This document shows positions 1 through 11,776 of a stretch of DNA of 64,000 nucleotides, piece by piece. The notes beneath the pieces were generated by a model, which saw only the letters and a list, made by a program, of their open reading frames with translations, made no database searches and was not told the origin of the DNA. Every line of letters starts with the position of its first letter. The first letter of the stretch is position 1. The DNA is from Hypanus sabinus (taxonomy: Eukaryota), in contig NC_082708.1 of NCBI RefSeq assembly GCF_030144855.1, positions 54,436,001 to 54,500,000 of the forward strand, in the 5' to 3' direction. Position numbers and translations under genes: made by a program.

Positions 1-294
1 GGTCTTTAATGATGGATCTCATCTTCCTGAATCACTGCCTATCGATAGTGGTGGTGGGCCCATAATGGGGCTGGCTAGTCTATAGCCGCTGCAGCCTCTT
101 GCAATCTTGTACATTGGAGCCTCCATACCAGCTGGTGATGCAACCAGTATATCTCCTCAAACTCTCAATGAAGTATAACCGTTGGTGTGCCTTTCATAAT
201 CGCATCAGTGTGTTGGGCTCAGGATAGATCTTTAGAGATGTTTGCACCCAGAACTTGAAACTGCTCACTCTTTCCAGTGCTGACCCTTTGATAC
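1..294 (-). mobile_element. Rex1/Babar LINE, 3' RT fragment (continues at 850-2050)
   Basis: Reverse complement resembles the plus-strand Rex1 copies here (aacttgaaactgctcactctttcca matches the VERVSSFKFLG region at 22630-22670); decayed. Confidence 0.75.
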
Positions 295-846
295 CCTCTG
301 TTGGTCAGGCTCAGCCATGGGTGCTGTGTCCCAGCTGTCTACATGATATGCAAGCCAAGGCAGTCTGCTATCTGTTGCCCATGAAGCAGGCTCCCCCTCT
401 CCACGCAGCTGATGAATCTAAAGGAGTGGCAGAGACCGATACAGTTTGGCACCAGCAGCATTGCAATAGTTACCAGTTAGCATTGAACTCGATTTAGGAC
501 TACCTTAGAGGCTCCACTCTGGAATTTCCCTCAGGGTTTACTACTGAAGCCTTCCCCATGAGCGGGTATAGCCAGAAGGTAGCAGAAGTTTGAGATTAAT
601 TTTTCGTTCTCCTAGATGAGCTGCCAAACACGGCTGACAAACCCCCTCTGCTCAAAGCAACAGTAACCCACTGTTGCCCCTTCTCTCAGAAGAAACAGTT
701 CTGCCAGGCTTAGAAGCTAACCCACACCTGAAGGCTAAGAGCTGGATTTGGTTGTCAGAGGCCATTTGAGATGCACATCATTAGGAGCATTTAATAGGTA
801 GTGGGAGCTTATTACCTACTACCAACCCCGGCTAAAATGACTTTAA
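295..846 (-). mobile_element. RTE-derived non-autonomous element (5' leader + 3' tail), related to 63201-63794
   Basis: Colinear similarity with 63201-63794 (cagggtttact..gaagccttccccatgag.gggtat; gtcagaggc; aggtagtgggag); RTE-type tail ccatgg..tgaccaacagagg on the minus strand; interrupts a Rex1 fragment. Confidence 0.7.
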
Positions 847-849
847 TCA

Positions 850-2050
850 ATGTTCCTGATTTTCCCTTCCTTAAGTTTACAATCAAGTCCTTGGTCTTAC
901 TGACGTTAAGTGCAAAGTTATTACGATATCATCAGCCAGCCCATCTAGCTCACTTCTGTACATCATCATCTGAAGTTACGTCAGTGGCAAATTTATAGGT
1001 GACATTTGAGTTGTATCTAATCACACAGTAATGAGTGTAGAGCAGTGAGCTAATCACACACCCTTGAGATGCACTGTGTTGATAGTCAGCAAGGAGGAGT
1101 TGTTATTTCTGATCTGCACTGACCATGGTTTTCCAATAAGAAGGTCGAGGATCTAGTTGCAGACATGCTCCAAGCAGAGTGCAGTGGCAGCGAGATTGCA
1201 TCCACAATGGACCTTCAGTGCAAATTCACAAAGTCTAGGTCCTTGCTCAGTCAGGAGTTAATTCAAGGCACACCCAACCTCATGAAGCACTCAGTTATGG
1301 TAGATGTCCATGAGGAATCTCACCCTGCTCTTCTGGGGCAAAGTATGATTGCTGCCCTTTTGAAGCAGGTGAGAACATTAGGCTACAGAGGTGAGAGGTT
1401 AAAGATGTCCTTGAACACTCCAACCAGTTGAGTGGTACAGGTTTTCAGAAACCAGTCAGGTACGTGTTGGGGCCTGATCACCATCTAAAATGCCGTTCAG
1501 ACATTAGCCACTGAGAAGGATCACAGGGCTGCCAGACACTGTGGGGATTACAAAGTACAGTGTTGCTCTCCCATTCCAAGTAAGCATAGAAAATTGTTCA
1601 GTGGTGAAACATAACTGGCACTTATGCGGTTAGGTTTCACCTTTAAGGAAGTAATGACACGCAGACTCTGCCTCAGCTTCGTGCAACTGATTCTGTCTGT
1701 AGCTTCACATGGAATTGCCTTTTTGTTCTCACATGGCCTTCTGTAGACTGTACCTGGATCTCTTGTAGCATTCTGGAATGCTGGTCTGGAGGGCCACAGG
1801 TCTAGTTCTCAACAAACACCAAATCCTCTGATTCATCCAGTGCTTCTGGTGTGGGAAAACTTTGTATCTTCTCGAACGCCACACTCGTTCACACAGTTCT
1901 TGATTGTGTCGGTAACAGTGGTAAGAAATTCATTCAGATCTGAAGACATATCCCTAGATATTGTCCAGTACACTGATTCAAAGCAGTCCTGTAAACAGTC
2001 CTCTGCTTCTCTTGACCATGCCTTTACCATCCTCACCACTGGTGTTAGGT
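850..2050 (-). mobile_element. Rex1/Babar LINE, decayed and internally deleted
   Basis: ORF 1833-2039 VKAWSREAEDCLQDCFESVYW is the Rex1 linker region; gggcctgatc near 1470 corresponds to KAxGPD; RT pieces 850-1200. Confidence 0.8.
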
Positions 2051-3435
2051 TCTTGGTCTCTGCCTATATATAAATAAACCAGAATCTGTGCTTATTTTGT
2101 GCTACTGTGAAGAGCACGTCTCTTTTTCCTTATCTGGCCTAAGCCAGCATGTGGAACAGGTTTCTATTGGATCTGTTTCTGGTAAGCGTGGACTTATTAA
2201 GTGTAGCATCTTGCTCACCAGGCTTTAGCATCTGTTTACTCAGACAAACAACAGAAATAAAGCAACAACAGAGCATTGAAGGTAGTAAGTTCTCAACTAC
2301 TGAGATGTATTATGTCAAAAGTCATACAGCACGGTACATTCTATTCTTGGACTACATTTGCATGTACTACAAACGCCACTGACCATGCTTGCAGGACATC
2401 CCAAAGTATTTTATAACTGAGAAGTTATTTTGCAAATCTGTTGTAATGTGGTAAAGTACCTTGTACCTTCTGGAAATTGGGCAATGTATTGACTTGTTTG
2501 TTGATTTTGTAACTTGTATGAATATTCTTTTAAAACAAATACTGTTCACTTATAGTCATTCCTAAAAACAAATTATTATTTCATTAGAAATGGCAACATA
2601 CATGATCTTTAGGTGTGATTCATGGTGTTGGTATCCAAGATAACAGGAATTTCTGCCATCCAACATCCAACTCCCTCCACCCACACTATCACCTACCACT
2701 CACAATTTTTTTTGATGTTCTTAAATGTACTTTACAGGGAATAAAAAGATCTATGCTAGATTGTTGATGAAGTACTGTTAGTATTGAACTTCAGCTGAAC
2801 CTTGTAAGATTCAATGAAATTATAGAATAAATTAGTGATGGACTGCAAAATAATGTGTGAGATAGTCATCTCCCTGTGTAGCTTTGTGTTTCATTTCTAT
2901 TCCAACTGGCTTCAAGATCAAATTTTACGTATTGCCTTCTCTATATTTCATCTACATAAAAGGATATTGATTTGTGGCTTTTAATATAAAGAAGGCAGAT
3001 GAAAAAAACATGCTAATTACAGTCATTTGTTTTTTAAATGAGTCAAGAAATAGTTCCCTGAAATCTTATCAAGGACATTAGTTAAATTCTAAATTAGTTA
3101 AATAAGTTATATCAAATTATAATTTTTTAATAAATTATAATAAATATTTCTTATTATAATAAGAAATTATTTTGGTTTTAAACAAAAAACAAAGAGGGAA
3201 CTCTAATGAAAGAACTGAGTGGATGATTACTCTTACCTAGTTCTACTTTAGAAAGTATGAACAGATGATAAGAGAAGTAATCATCTATTCAGCCCTCGTC
3301 TGTTGCATCATTTGGTAAGAATATAGCTAATTTGATTGTAATCTCAATTTCACGTTCTTGTCTATTTGTGATAACCTTTCATTCAATTCCTTATCCAGAA
3401 TCTGTGTTGTAACGGATATAATTTATGCAGAAAAC

Positions 3436-3986
3436 ATACACCCAATTTGCCATCTTATGAGGGGGTACCTAATAATGTGGCCACTAGAATATGCTCGTGG
3501 TCTTCTGCTGCTGTAGGCCATCCACTTCAAAGTTTGACATGTTGTGAATTCAGAGATGCTTTCTATATACCACTCCTTTAATACGTGGTTATTTCAGTTA
3601 CTGTCAGCTTGAACCAATCTGGCCGTTCTTCTCTGACCTCTCCCATTCACAAGGCAATTTCACCCACAGAACTGCCACTCACTGGATGTGTTTTGTTCTT
3701 TGCTCTAATCTCTGTAAACTCTAGAGAATGCTGTGAAAATTGCAGGGGACCTGCAGTTTCTGAGATACTCAAACCATCCCATCCAGCACCAACAATCATT
3801 CCACGGTCAAAGTCACTTTGATCACATTTCTTCCTCATTCTGATGCTTGGCCTGAACAACAACTGAACCTCTTGACCATGTCTGCATGCTTTTATGCACT
3901 GAGTTGCTGACGCATGATTGGCTGATTAGATATTTGCATTAATGAGCAGGTTGCAGGCGTACCTAATAAAGTAGCCAGTGAGCGTA
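3436..3986 (-). mobile_element. Tc1-derived non-autonomous DNA transposon
   Basis: ORF 3647-3862 MRKKCDQSDFDRGMIVGA..GLSISETA is a Tc1 N-terminal HTH; TIR motif tacctaataa.gt.gcca.t at 3467 and 3960; sibling copies at 16140 and 58571. Confidence 0.85.
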
Positions 3987-3994
3987 TTATTGTG

Positions 3995-4087
3995 TTGGGT
4001 TACAGAGAGTGCCAGAGTTGAACTCCGAACTCTGAAACCCTGAGCAGTAACACTATTGCACTAATTGTTGTGCTACCATGGCACCCT
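3995..4087 (-). mobile_element. tRNA-derived SINE head fragment
   Basis: Minus strand ggtgccatggtagcacaacaattagt (A-box-like) and ggagttcaactc (B-box-like). Confidence 0.5.
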
Positions 4088-4239
4088 ATTATGATTCTCA
4101 CATTTAATTTTCTATGCAGGGGTGAAGTCAGTATTTAAGAAGTGTGGCTAAGGAAGCAAAGCTCTTGTTGATTAAATGACTAAACACTCTATAGTTAGTA
4201 ACACGCCTGACTTCTCACTTTGAACAACACAGCTCAGAA

Positions 4240-4842
4240 TACTGAAAAAGAAGAAATGCTGGTACGCACAGCAGGTCAGGTCTTCCCACGTTAAGTGGGA
4301 ATGGAAGCCTAGTAAATGTTTCAGCTGGAAGACCCGTTGACAGAACTAGAAAAAAGAAGCTTGTTAAGCTGCGTGGAACGTCTCTGGGGTGACCATGGAG
4401 ATAAGCTGTAAACAAGTTAGAGGATGAAAGCATAAAAATATAGGAGTTGTAATACGCTGGTCAGAAAGACATGCCCTATGTTCCACCCTCTCCTTCCTCT
4501 CCTTTCTGACTTGCCAGGCATGCCTTTCTGCTTGCATTTTGCAGCTTCGGTGTTCTTTCATCTATGTTCCCACTCATTCGCCAGATTATTTTGTTTATAG
4601 CTTATTCACATGGTTACCCCAGTTTTACCCATCAAAGACACTTTCCCTTCTCTTTCCCACGTTCCCTGCAATGGAATAGGCATCTTTTCTTTCCTTCCCG
4701 AATCTGACGAATAATCTCCAACCTGAAGTACTAACTCAGTGCCTCTGCCCACAGATGTGTCCTGACCTTCTGGACATTTCCAGCATTTTCTGTTTTCTTT
4801 TTGGTTTGGACTGCTAGCATCTGCAGTTCCTGACTTTTCACA
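4240..4842. mobile_element. Old Penelope-derived foldback element
   Basis: aaatgctgg..cagcaggtcagg near 4255 is inverted relative to cctgaccttctggacatttccagcattttctg..gcatctgcag at 4760-4827; degenerate ctgacgaa at 4704; cacagctcagaata at 4228 and 4839 may be a TSD. Confidence 0.5.
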
Positions 4843-5254
4843 GCTCAGAATAATTTTGTAGCAAGCACATTATTCCTGAATGACACCAGAAAGTATTAGA
4901 AATAATCAATATCTCTGTTGCCATTTTCTCAAGTTGAAAGGGTCAACCTTAATGATTGATGACTTTTCTTAGTACTATAGCCAGTCTTCTCCTTTGATCT
5001 TCCTGTTAAATGAAGCATCTAAGCTCATGAAATATGCACTCATACACAACTTCAAAGAACTCTCCTAAAGAACATAAGATAAGGATCGGTTTATATGGCC
5101 ATATTAGTCCAAACCAGCCAAAGGGAGCATTACCTGATCAAGGGCCAATGTAGTGATATCGAGTAATAGCCTTCATGTATTTCAAAGCATAATAATGCAT
5201 AAACCCAATTAGGTACCTCCAAGCATCTCATCATCTCTATTTTTATTGGATGCA

Positions 5255-5572
5255 GAACTGGGTTGAGAAGTGGCAGATGGATTTCTACCTGGATGAGTTT
5301 GAAGCGATTCACTTTGGGAGGTCAAATTTGAAGGCAGAATACAAGATTAAGGGCGGGATTATTAGCAGTGTGGAGGAACTGAGGGATCCACGTCCATAGT
5401 CTCTCCAAGTTGCTACACAAGGTGATAGGGTTTTTAAAAGGCGTATGGTGTGTTGGCCTTCATTAATTGAGGGATTAACCTCAAAAGCTGACAGGTAATG
5501 CTGCAGATCTATAAAACCCTGGTCAGACATACTTGGAATAATGTGTTCAGTTCTGGTCATCTCACTATAAGA
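5255..5572 (+). mobile_element. CR1 LINE RT 3' fragment (resumes at 6215-6765)
   Basis: gagaagtggcagatgga (EKWQM), gcgtatggtgtgttggccttcatt (AYGVLAFI), tgtgttcagttctggtca (CVQFWS). Confidence 0.85.
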
Positions 5573-5574
5573 CT

Positions 5575-6210
5575 TTTAGACATAGGAGCCAAATTATGCC
5601 ATTTGGCCCATTGGATCTGCTGATCCTTTCTTCCCCCCCTCAGCCCCACTCCCCGGCCTTCTCTCCGTAACCTTTGATGCCGTGTCCAATCAAAAAACAA
5701 TCAAGCTCTGCCTTAAATACACACACTTGGCCTCCACAGCTGCATGTGTTAACAAATTCCACAAATTTATCGCCCTCTGGCAAAAGAAATTTCTCCACAT
5801 CTCTGTTTTAAATGGATGCCCCTCTATCCTAAGGCTGTACCTTTATGTTCTGGACTCCTCCACCATGGAAAACATCCTTTCCACATCTACTCTGTCTAGG
5901 TCTTTCAATATTCGAAAGGTTTCAGTGAGATCCTCCCTCGTCCTTCTAAATTCCAACGATTACAAACCCAGAGCTATTAAATGTTCCTCGTACGATAACC
6001 CTTTCATTCTTTCATTCCTGGAATCATCCTTCTGAACCTCCTCTGAACCCTCTCCAATGCCAGCATATCTTTTCTTAGATGAGGAGCTCAAAACTGTTCC
6101 CAATACTCAAGGTGAAGCCTCACTAGTCCCTTGTAAAGCCTCAGCATCACATCCCTGCTCTTGTGTTCGAGACCTGTTGAACTGAATGCTAACGTGGCAT
6201 TTGCCCTTCC
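5575..6210 (-). mobile_element. CR1 LINE 3' fragment nested antisense in another CR1
   Basis: ORF 6088-6285 ends GLEHKSRDVMLRLYKGLVRLHLEYWEQF; 3' tail gacataggagcc at 5579; same family as 19860-21930 and 23980-28085. Confidence 0.85.
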
Positions 6211-6214
6211 TGAT

Positions 6215-6765
6215 TGGAAAGGTGAGGCAGTTTTAGAGAGGGTGCAGAAGAGACCTACGAGGATGCTGCCCGGATTGGAGGGCATGTCTCATGATGATAG
6301 ATTGAGTGAGGTAGGGAGGATGAGAAGTGACTTGATAGAGGTGTACAAGATGATAAGGGGCATAGATTGAGCAAGTGGATAGTCAGAGACTTTTTCCCCA
6401 GGACGGAATGATTAATACTACAGGGCATAACTTTAAGGTGATTGGAAGAAAGTATGTATAAGGCTGGGGTTTCCAACCTTTTTTATGCCGAGCACCCAGA
6501 CCATTAACCAAATTGCCCATGGACTCCAAGCTGGGAGCTCCTTGTATAGGGGAAGTGTCAGTGGTAGGTTTTTTACACAGGGAACGGTGGGTGCGTGGAA
6601 CATGCCAACAGGAGTTGTGGTAAAAGTAGATACACTTGAGAGACTTGTAGATTGGCACATAGATGATGGGAAAATGGAAGGTTATGTGGTAGGAAAGAGT
6701 CTGATTGATCTTAGAGTTGGCTTATAGTTCGACACAACATGGTGGACTGTTCTATGTTTGTTATG
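6215..6765 (+). mobile_element. CR1 LINE 3' end
   Basis: LERVQKRPTRMLPGLEG..RMRSDLIEVYKMIRGID; GRFFTQGTVGAWN; 3' tail ttctatgtt. Confidence 0.85.
6464..6543. mobile_element. 80-bp hAT-type MITE
   Basis: Imperfect TIRs ctggggtttccaacc / agctgggagctcctt; 8-bp TSD gtataagg (6456-6463) / gtataggg (6544-6551). Confidence 0.7.
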
Positions 6766-7049
6766 TTTAGTTGGGTGCTGTTGTAGAGCCAACAAAAGCC
6801 TCCAGGTGCGTGCTAATGTGGTTTATATCAGATTCTATGATAATTCTCAGTCACAGTTCCACCATTCAGCCCATAGTTAGTGTTGCAATGAGATCCTGAT
6901 CCCATTTGCACACTGACGGTTCTTGTGCATTGCGTTTGCTGCCTATGCTGACTCAGTATAGGACCAGTTTGAAATGTGAGGCGACACGATGCAGATGGGA
7001 TACTCTCAGATAAACCCCCTCTCCTATTTTAAATACCCTCCCACCCAAA

Positions 7050-7635
7050 AACTGTACACACCAGCTGTGTGGTGAAGAAGGCACAACAGCACGTCTTTCA
7101 CCTCAGATGGTTGAGAAAGTTTGGTACGGGCCCTCAAATCCCAAGAACCTTCTACAGGGGCACAATTGAGAGCATCCTGATTGGCTGCATCACTGCCTGG
7201 GTATGGGAACTGTACTTCCCTTAATCGCAGGACTCTGCAGAGAGTGGTGTGGACAGCCCAGCGCATCTGTAGATGTGAACTTCCCATAATTCAGGACATT
7301 TATAAGGACAGGTGTATAAAAAAGGGACCATAGGATCATTGGGGACCCAAGCCATCCCAACCACAATCTATTCCAGCTGCTACCATCTGGGAAACGGTAC
7401 CGCAGCATAAAAGCCAGGACCAACAGACTCTGGGACAGCTTCTTCCACCAGGCCATGAGACTGATAAACTCAGACTGATTTGAGTGTACTCTATATTACA
7501 TTGACTGTTCTATTTATTATAAATTATTATTAATTACTATGATTGCACATGGCTCATTTAGATGGAGATGTAACATAAAGATATTTACTCCTTGTGTATA
7601 TGAAAGATGTAAGAAATAAAGTCAATTCAATTCAA
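7050..7635 (+). mobile_element. Rex1/Babar LINE 3' end
   Basis: Highly similar to 39740-40305; aataaa followed by (caatt)n tail. Confidence 0.85.
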
Positions 7636-8689
7636 ATGCCACAAGGCAGGTGGATTTAAAATCACCTCTTTACCAGGCTATTCCTCAACTAAGTTTTACT
7701 GAGGGTGAAGACTAACTTTAAAATAGCAGAAGGTCAGTGCAAATTGATGTGACTGTAGGCTATTAAATTATGGAAATACCATGCTATTTTTAGAATATCA
7801 GTCATTTTATAACATGCAAATATCCTTTGACTAAAATACTTATTTTAAGAAAGCTTCCAAATCATTGCAAATTAAGCAAGAATATTTAGAGGAGTGAGCA
7901 GGGTCAGCTCAAGGTGGTTCATTCAGCCAATAACTAGGCTGCTGATAATGATAATCATGGAAAGTAAACAGAGTTCCTAATGCAAATACAATTAACTGTA
8001 CTTATGTGAAATTTGCTGTTTTTTTCCCCATTATCGCCTGAAGTACAATTGAGGGTAATGTTAGCAGAAAGGAGATAACTGTTAGCTAGATTTTACCGAA
8101 AATTTAATGGAATATTAAAGATGCTGAATACCATCTGAACAGTATCAGGCAGAATTTGATATAATTGTATTTGGAGAATTTAGGGCTCGCTCCCCTGGTC
8201 TTTTGCACAAGCTTAAAATAGTCCTAGCCATTGAGATACCTGGAGATCCCCCAGGAAAGATCTCTATTTCAACAGTCTGATGGAAACGTGGTCTGTTGCC
8301 TAACAGCTAGGCCATGTCCTGGCACAGATATTGTATCTTTATAAGTATGCAAATCACCTACCAGGTTCAGGGAATTAAAAGATGCACCTTGTGCTCAGAA
8401 CTTCAGAGTAAATAGCACCTCACTATTATCTTCCTAATTATTTAACATATGTTGGCATTGCACATAGTTTTGTGTATTTAATTCACTGCAGTATGTTGGA
8501 TCTCTGTTACCTTTAGTAATGACCTTCGAACAACAGGATGCTATTGACAGAGATCTAATCAGCCACACTTAGAGAAAGTAGAATTTAAAGGCTTAGTCCC
8601 ATTTCTTCGTGAGGTCCAGCATTGTAGATATTTAAAAGTATCATATTTTAAATATTATTATTTAAATAGTAAGTGGGGCAGTGCATTAG

Positions 8690-8960
8690 GGTTAGGCGTA
8701 ATGGTTAGCATAATGCTATTACAGCACCAGCAATACCCGATGGCCAAAATGGCCTAATTCTCCTCCTGTGTCTTGTGCTGTAGATTCAATTCGCACTGCT
8801 CTCTGTGAGGTGACTGTACCTTCTCCCCATACCTGCATGGGCTTGCTCTGGTGCGTACGCTAGAAGATTAATTGGTCATATGGGTGTAATTGGACAGCGT
8901 GGACTCATTAGGCCAGAAGGGCCTGTTACTGTGCAATATCTCTAAATAACTAAATAAATA
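8690..8960 (+). mobile_element. tRNA-derived SINE with CR1-like tail, interrupted by a short CR1 3' tip (~8740-8778)
   Basis: A-box-like ggcgtaatggttagc, B-box-like gattcaattcgc, tail ggccagaagggcctgttactgtgc..(taaa)n; similar to 49190-49425. Confidence 0.7.
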
Positions 8961-9599
8961 CTTGATATTTTCTTCTTGCATCTGCCTCTCTGTCTCAGCT
9001 ACATCAATGCTCTGTTTTTCTTCCTTTGCCTGGGTTGATGTTAATCATTAACTGTAATCAACCTCCTTGTATTTGTTTTCAATGTTTCAACTGCCGTGGT
9101 AATGTTAACCCTACCAGACATTGAGGTCTTTGATCCTCCGACGTACCATTATCCATTTACATTTCCGGCAAGGCAATAAAGTACACAATTTATTTAAAGC
9201 AGGACATGCAGAACATGTTCCAAAGATTTACAATGTTCTGCTCTGGTGAGGTTCAAGTGATTTAAGCTTTCCACAGGAAGTCTCTAAAACAAAAACTTTT
9301 TGCATGGATGTTTTTACCCAAGATCATCAAAATTTATCATCAAAATAAGTGCATCACTAAAATAGTTGCCTGGAGAGATGAACTGTAACCCATGGCTCAC
9401 TCACCTTGTTAAAACCTGTGCTCTGTGTGCTGTAGTCTGTTTTATCTGGAATCCTACAGCCAAGTGAGTTATATGAATTGCTGGAGGCTGTCTTCCCAAA
9501 AGCAAACACTAAAGATTTTCTTTCTTTAATAGCCCAACTATAATCTGCTCATTATCAGGTGATATCCCTAATCATAACAGTTTAATATAAAAATTAACA

Positions 9600-9925
9600 T
9601 ACAAAGCTTTTGTCACACCACACTTGGAGTATTGTGTGCAGTTCTGGTTACCCTATGTACAGAGGAGATGCCGCCAGGACGTTGCCTGGATTAGAGTTAT
9701 GAGTGATGAGGAAAGATTAGATAAACTTGGATTGGTCGCAGTCAGAGACCGAGAAGAGACCTGATAGGTTGTTAAAATTATAAGAGGCATACATAGAATG
9801 GACATTCAAAATCTTTTCCGCCAAGGTATAATTGTCAAATACTGGAGGACATACTTTAACGATTGAGGGGAGGGAGGTGGAATTTAAAGGTGATGTGAGG
9901 GGCATTTTTTTTAAACTCAGAGACC
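9600..9925 (+). mobile_element. CR1 LINE RT 3' fragment
   Basis: ccacacttggagtattgtgtgcagttctgg encodes PHLEYCVQFW. Confidence 0.8.
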
Positions 9926-9984
9926 ACTATCATCCAGTAGCACTTCTATCCACTGTGATGAGGTTCTTTGAGAGGTGGTCATGA

Positions 9985-10545
9985 AATATATCAATTCCCA
10001 CATGGGAACCTGCTCCAATTTGCCTACTGTCACAACAAATCAATAGCAGATGCCATTTTATTGGTTCTCCACTCAGCCCTGGGACATCTGGACAGGGAAG
10101 CTGCATACATCAGGATGCTTTTCATCGATTACAGCTCAGCAGCCAACACGATCATCCTCTCAAAACTAATTAATGAGCTTCAAGACGTAGGCTTCAATAC
10201 CTCTGTGTGCAACTGGATCCTCGACTTCATCATTTGCAGACCCCTTTCAGTTCAGATTGGCAACAAACTCTCTTCCACAATCTCCATTATCACAGGTGCA
10301 CCACAACGCTGTGTGTTTTGTCTCCTGCTCTACTTGCTTTATAATTATGTCTGAGAGGCTATTCATATTTAAATTTGCTGACAACACCAGTGTCATTGGA
10401 CGAATCGAAGTGATGATGAATCGGCATAGAGGAGGGAGATTGAAAATCTGGTTGTGATGCCACAACAACAGCAACTCATTCAACATCAGCAAAGCAAAGA
10501 GCTGATTATTGACTACACAGGAAGGGAAAACTGGTGGTCCATGAG
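9985..10545 (+). mobile_element. Rex1/Babar LINE RT fragment
   Basis: LQFAYCHNKSIADAI..IRMLFIDYSSA..CNWILDF..TGAPQ..KFADN. Confidence 0.9.
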
Positions 10546-10894
10546 CTTAGATGTTCTTCATATGCTTTAAAAGAAAATGACACTGAGGTGCTAACTGAGG
10601 TGCCTTTTATTCTTTGCCTGGCAGTGTGCATTTAGAAACAAGTAATAGTAGATTCATGGAAAGATTGCTGTGATTTCGCAGATGTCAGGAATGGGTTTGT
10701 CTTTTCCTTGTCTCCTATTTCCTGAGCTGGAAGACCTTAACGCTCCTCACTGTCCCCTTGCCTGTCTGTACTGGCTGTGGAAACAGCCTAATGCAACATA
10801 GTGATCCTTTGAGCAATAATCCAAATTCCAGTGGCAGTAAGTCTTAACTTTGAGTCAAAGTTTTGGCCTCAGAAGCGTTCTTCAGAGCATGTTG

Positions 10895-11300
10895 AGTCAG
10901 TAGAATGAGCTGCCAGAGAAAGTGGTAGATCTGTGTACAATTACAACATTTAAAGAACATTTGGACATGTGAATTATTTTTTACCAAGGTACAGTGAAAA
11001 TGCCATCTGTAGAGATCATTTCATTACATCCGTGCACTGAGGCAATTCAAGGAAGAATCAACAACAGAAAAGGGGATAAAGTGTTTCTTTTATGAAGGAA
11101 ATGCAGTGCAGGCAGGCAATAAGGTGTAAAGTCAATTAAGAGGTAGACTGTGAGATCAAGAGTCTATCTTTTGCATGGATAGAAAAGGTTTAGAGGGATA
11201 TGGGTCAAATGCAGGCAAATTGGTAACATGATTGGTCGTTCAAGGTGGCAACATGGTTGGTCAGCATAGATGGATTAGGCCAAAGGGCCTATTGGATCCT
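10895..11300 (+). mobile_element. CR1 3' end interrupted by an antisense Rex1-type tail (~10975-11172)
   Basis: gaatgagctgccagagaaagtggtag..catttggaca resumes as catggatagaaaaggtttagagggatatggg. Confidence 0.6.
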
Positions 11301-11689
11301 TGTGTTCTTGCAATCCAGAAGTTCAAAAGTCAAGAATGTGGCACAGAAGTTTTTGTTTATGGCTGTTTTATTAACTGTTAGAAGAAAAAATAATCAGCAA
11401 AAAGAGCAAAGAATAAAGAAGATATAGTATTCTTATATAAAAAACTACCCCTGACTGAAAAGATAACAACATCCCATTAATAACAACTAACCTATAAAAT
11501 AGCCAGATTCATTGCTTGACACCTATTGCATAAAAACTAAGAAGTTCTGGAAAAAGGCAGAAGCAGCTATACAACTACCGTAACGTTCAGTGAACAATTA
11601 CACATAGATAGGTGATCAACCAAATATAGGAAAGATAAGATACAAGAATATGAGAAAGTAGCAATTCTTCACCCTAATCCAACATGAAG

Positions 11690-11776
11690 ATGACAGGTGT
11701 AGGCCACTCTCGATGACTACTCTCAAGTTGGAGGAGCAACATTTCTTATTCTGTCTGGGTGGCCTCCAACCTGATG
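11690..11776 (+). mobile_element. Penelope-like element, end of ORF (continues at 13846-13888 and 14344-14735)
   Basis: LKLEEQHFLFCLGGLQPD resembles the C-terminus of the GIY-YIG region of Penelope elements; split by a Rex1 with TSD aacctgatg / aacccgatg. Confidence 0.7.

Noticed and set aside
8690-8800. tRNA gene
   Set aside because: Only degenerate A/B boxes of a SINE head, interrupted by an insertion; no cloverleaf
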